From the NCBI RefSeq assembly GCF_001194135.2, contig NC_068985.1, positions 34,050,628 through 34,114,627 of the forward strand: 64,000 nt of DNA, read 5' to 3'. Numbering within the stretch: position 1 is the first letter of the stretch; each line of letters begins with the position of its first letter. A program made the position numbers and the translations under genes. Shown here piece after piece: positions 63,056-64,000 of this stretch. Source of the stretch: Octopus bimaculoides (Eukaryota). Below the pieces are notes generated by a model that was not told the DNA's origin, searched no databases, and saw only the letters and a list, made by a program, of their open reading frames with translations.

Positions 63056-64000
63056 TTTCATACATCTGATCGATGTGAATTCTTTTTCAATCTTCATTAA
63101 CAGGTTGTGTTTCCAGCTTGGTGTTCCTGAAAATCGAAATGTTTGACTTTCTGAGCAAGATTTTACTGTTCAGTTGAAGACGTTAAATCAAAGTACCATA
63201 CACAACTTCATACTTTCATTACTATTTAGTGAGTATTCTTTGTGTTCTTAAGAATGTCCGTTTGAGTGGTCCTAGGACAAAGAGTCCATTTTATTCTTTT
63301 TAATACTAAGGAATGGTCTTTCATGAGAATATTTCTTTTCTAAGTTACATAGCTCAAATTATTTGTTTAATGTTGCTATATATCTTGTAATCTAAATAAT
63401 CTTTAAATCTAAATAACCACTATGCCTTATGCCTGTGGTGAGTAGCTTGTGTTTTAACAATTTTGACAATTTAATTAGGTCAACTGAGAACAATAGGAAA
63501 TCTATCCCCATACCTGAGGTCAGCTTCTTCTCATTAACTTCTAAGTGTAGAAGGAGAAATATGGATTTGGTTTCAAATCTAGCTTACTGATACTGTAGCT
63601 GTTTGCCACAAATATATATACATATATGAACTTTCCTTGTTTCCCACGAAGAGCTCCGCTCGAAACGTCATACTCTCTCTCTTTCCTTTCCCGAGNNNNN
63701 NNNNNTAAATCAAAGTACCATACACAACTTCATACTTTCATTACTATTTAGTGAGTATTCTTTGTGTTCTTCAGAATGTCCGTTTGAGTGGTCCTAGGAC
63801 AAAGAGTCCATTTTATTCTTTTTAATACTAAGGAATGGTCTTTCATGAGAATATTTCTTTTCTAAGTTACATAGCTCAAATTATTTGTTTAATGTTGCTA
63901 TATATCTTGTAATCTAAATAATCTTTAAATCTAAATAACCACTATGCCTTATGCCTGTGGTGAGTAGCTTGTGTTTTAACAATTTTGACAATTTAATTAG

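Noticed and set aside
63184-64000. About 295-bp direct repeat (63184-63478 vs 63706-64000)
   Set aside because: The copies differ by about one base and are separated by a 10-N gap. Probably an uncollapsed haplotype or contig overlap.

Overview
Eukaryotic, AT-rich, repeat-saturated DNA with scaffold gaps. The tRNA-derived SINE families, RTE tails and (TA)n/(CA)n/(ATC)n microsatellites point to an octopus genome (inference). I found no host protein-coding exon, rRNA, intact tRNA or CRISPR array that I can support, so the window is intronic or intergenic. Nearly all of the ORF track is spurious or transposon-derived. Recognisable elements: (i) five foldback MITEs with GG...CC termini and 8-9 bp TSDs that carry TTAGGG repeats (Merlin-like, 3.8-18.5 kb); (ii) an L1/Tx1-like element retaining essentially only ORF1, inserted into a SINE head (8.25-9.72 kb); (iii) fossil transposases (maT DD37D, several mariners, hAT, Helitron Rep) and a Penelope GIY-YIG fragment; (iv) a 2.3 kb RTE LINE fragment with recognisable RT motifs plus many RTE 3' tails; (v) an internally deleted Gypsy element whose second LTR has both a PPT and a PBS; (vi) many SINEs. 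The best lead is the telomere-repeat-carrying MITE cluster. Protein-family calls are from manual translation and motif recognition, not database searches. Coordinates of degraded elements are approximate.
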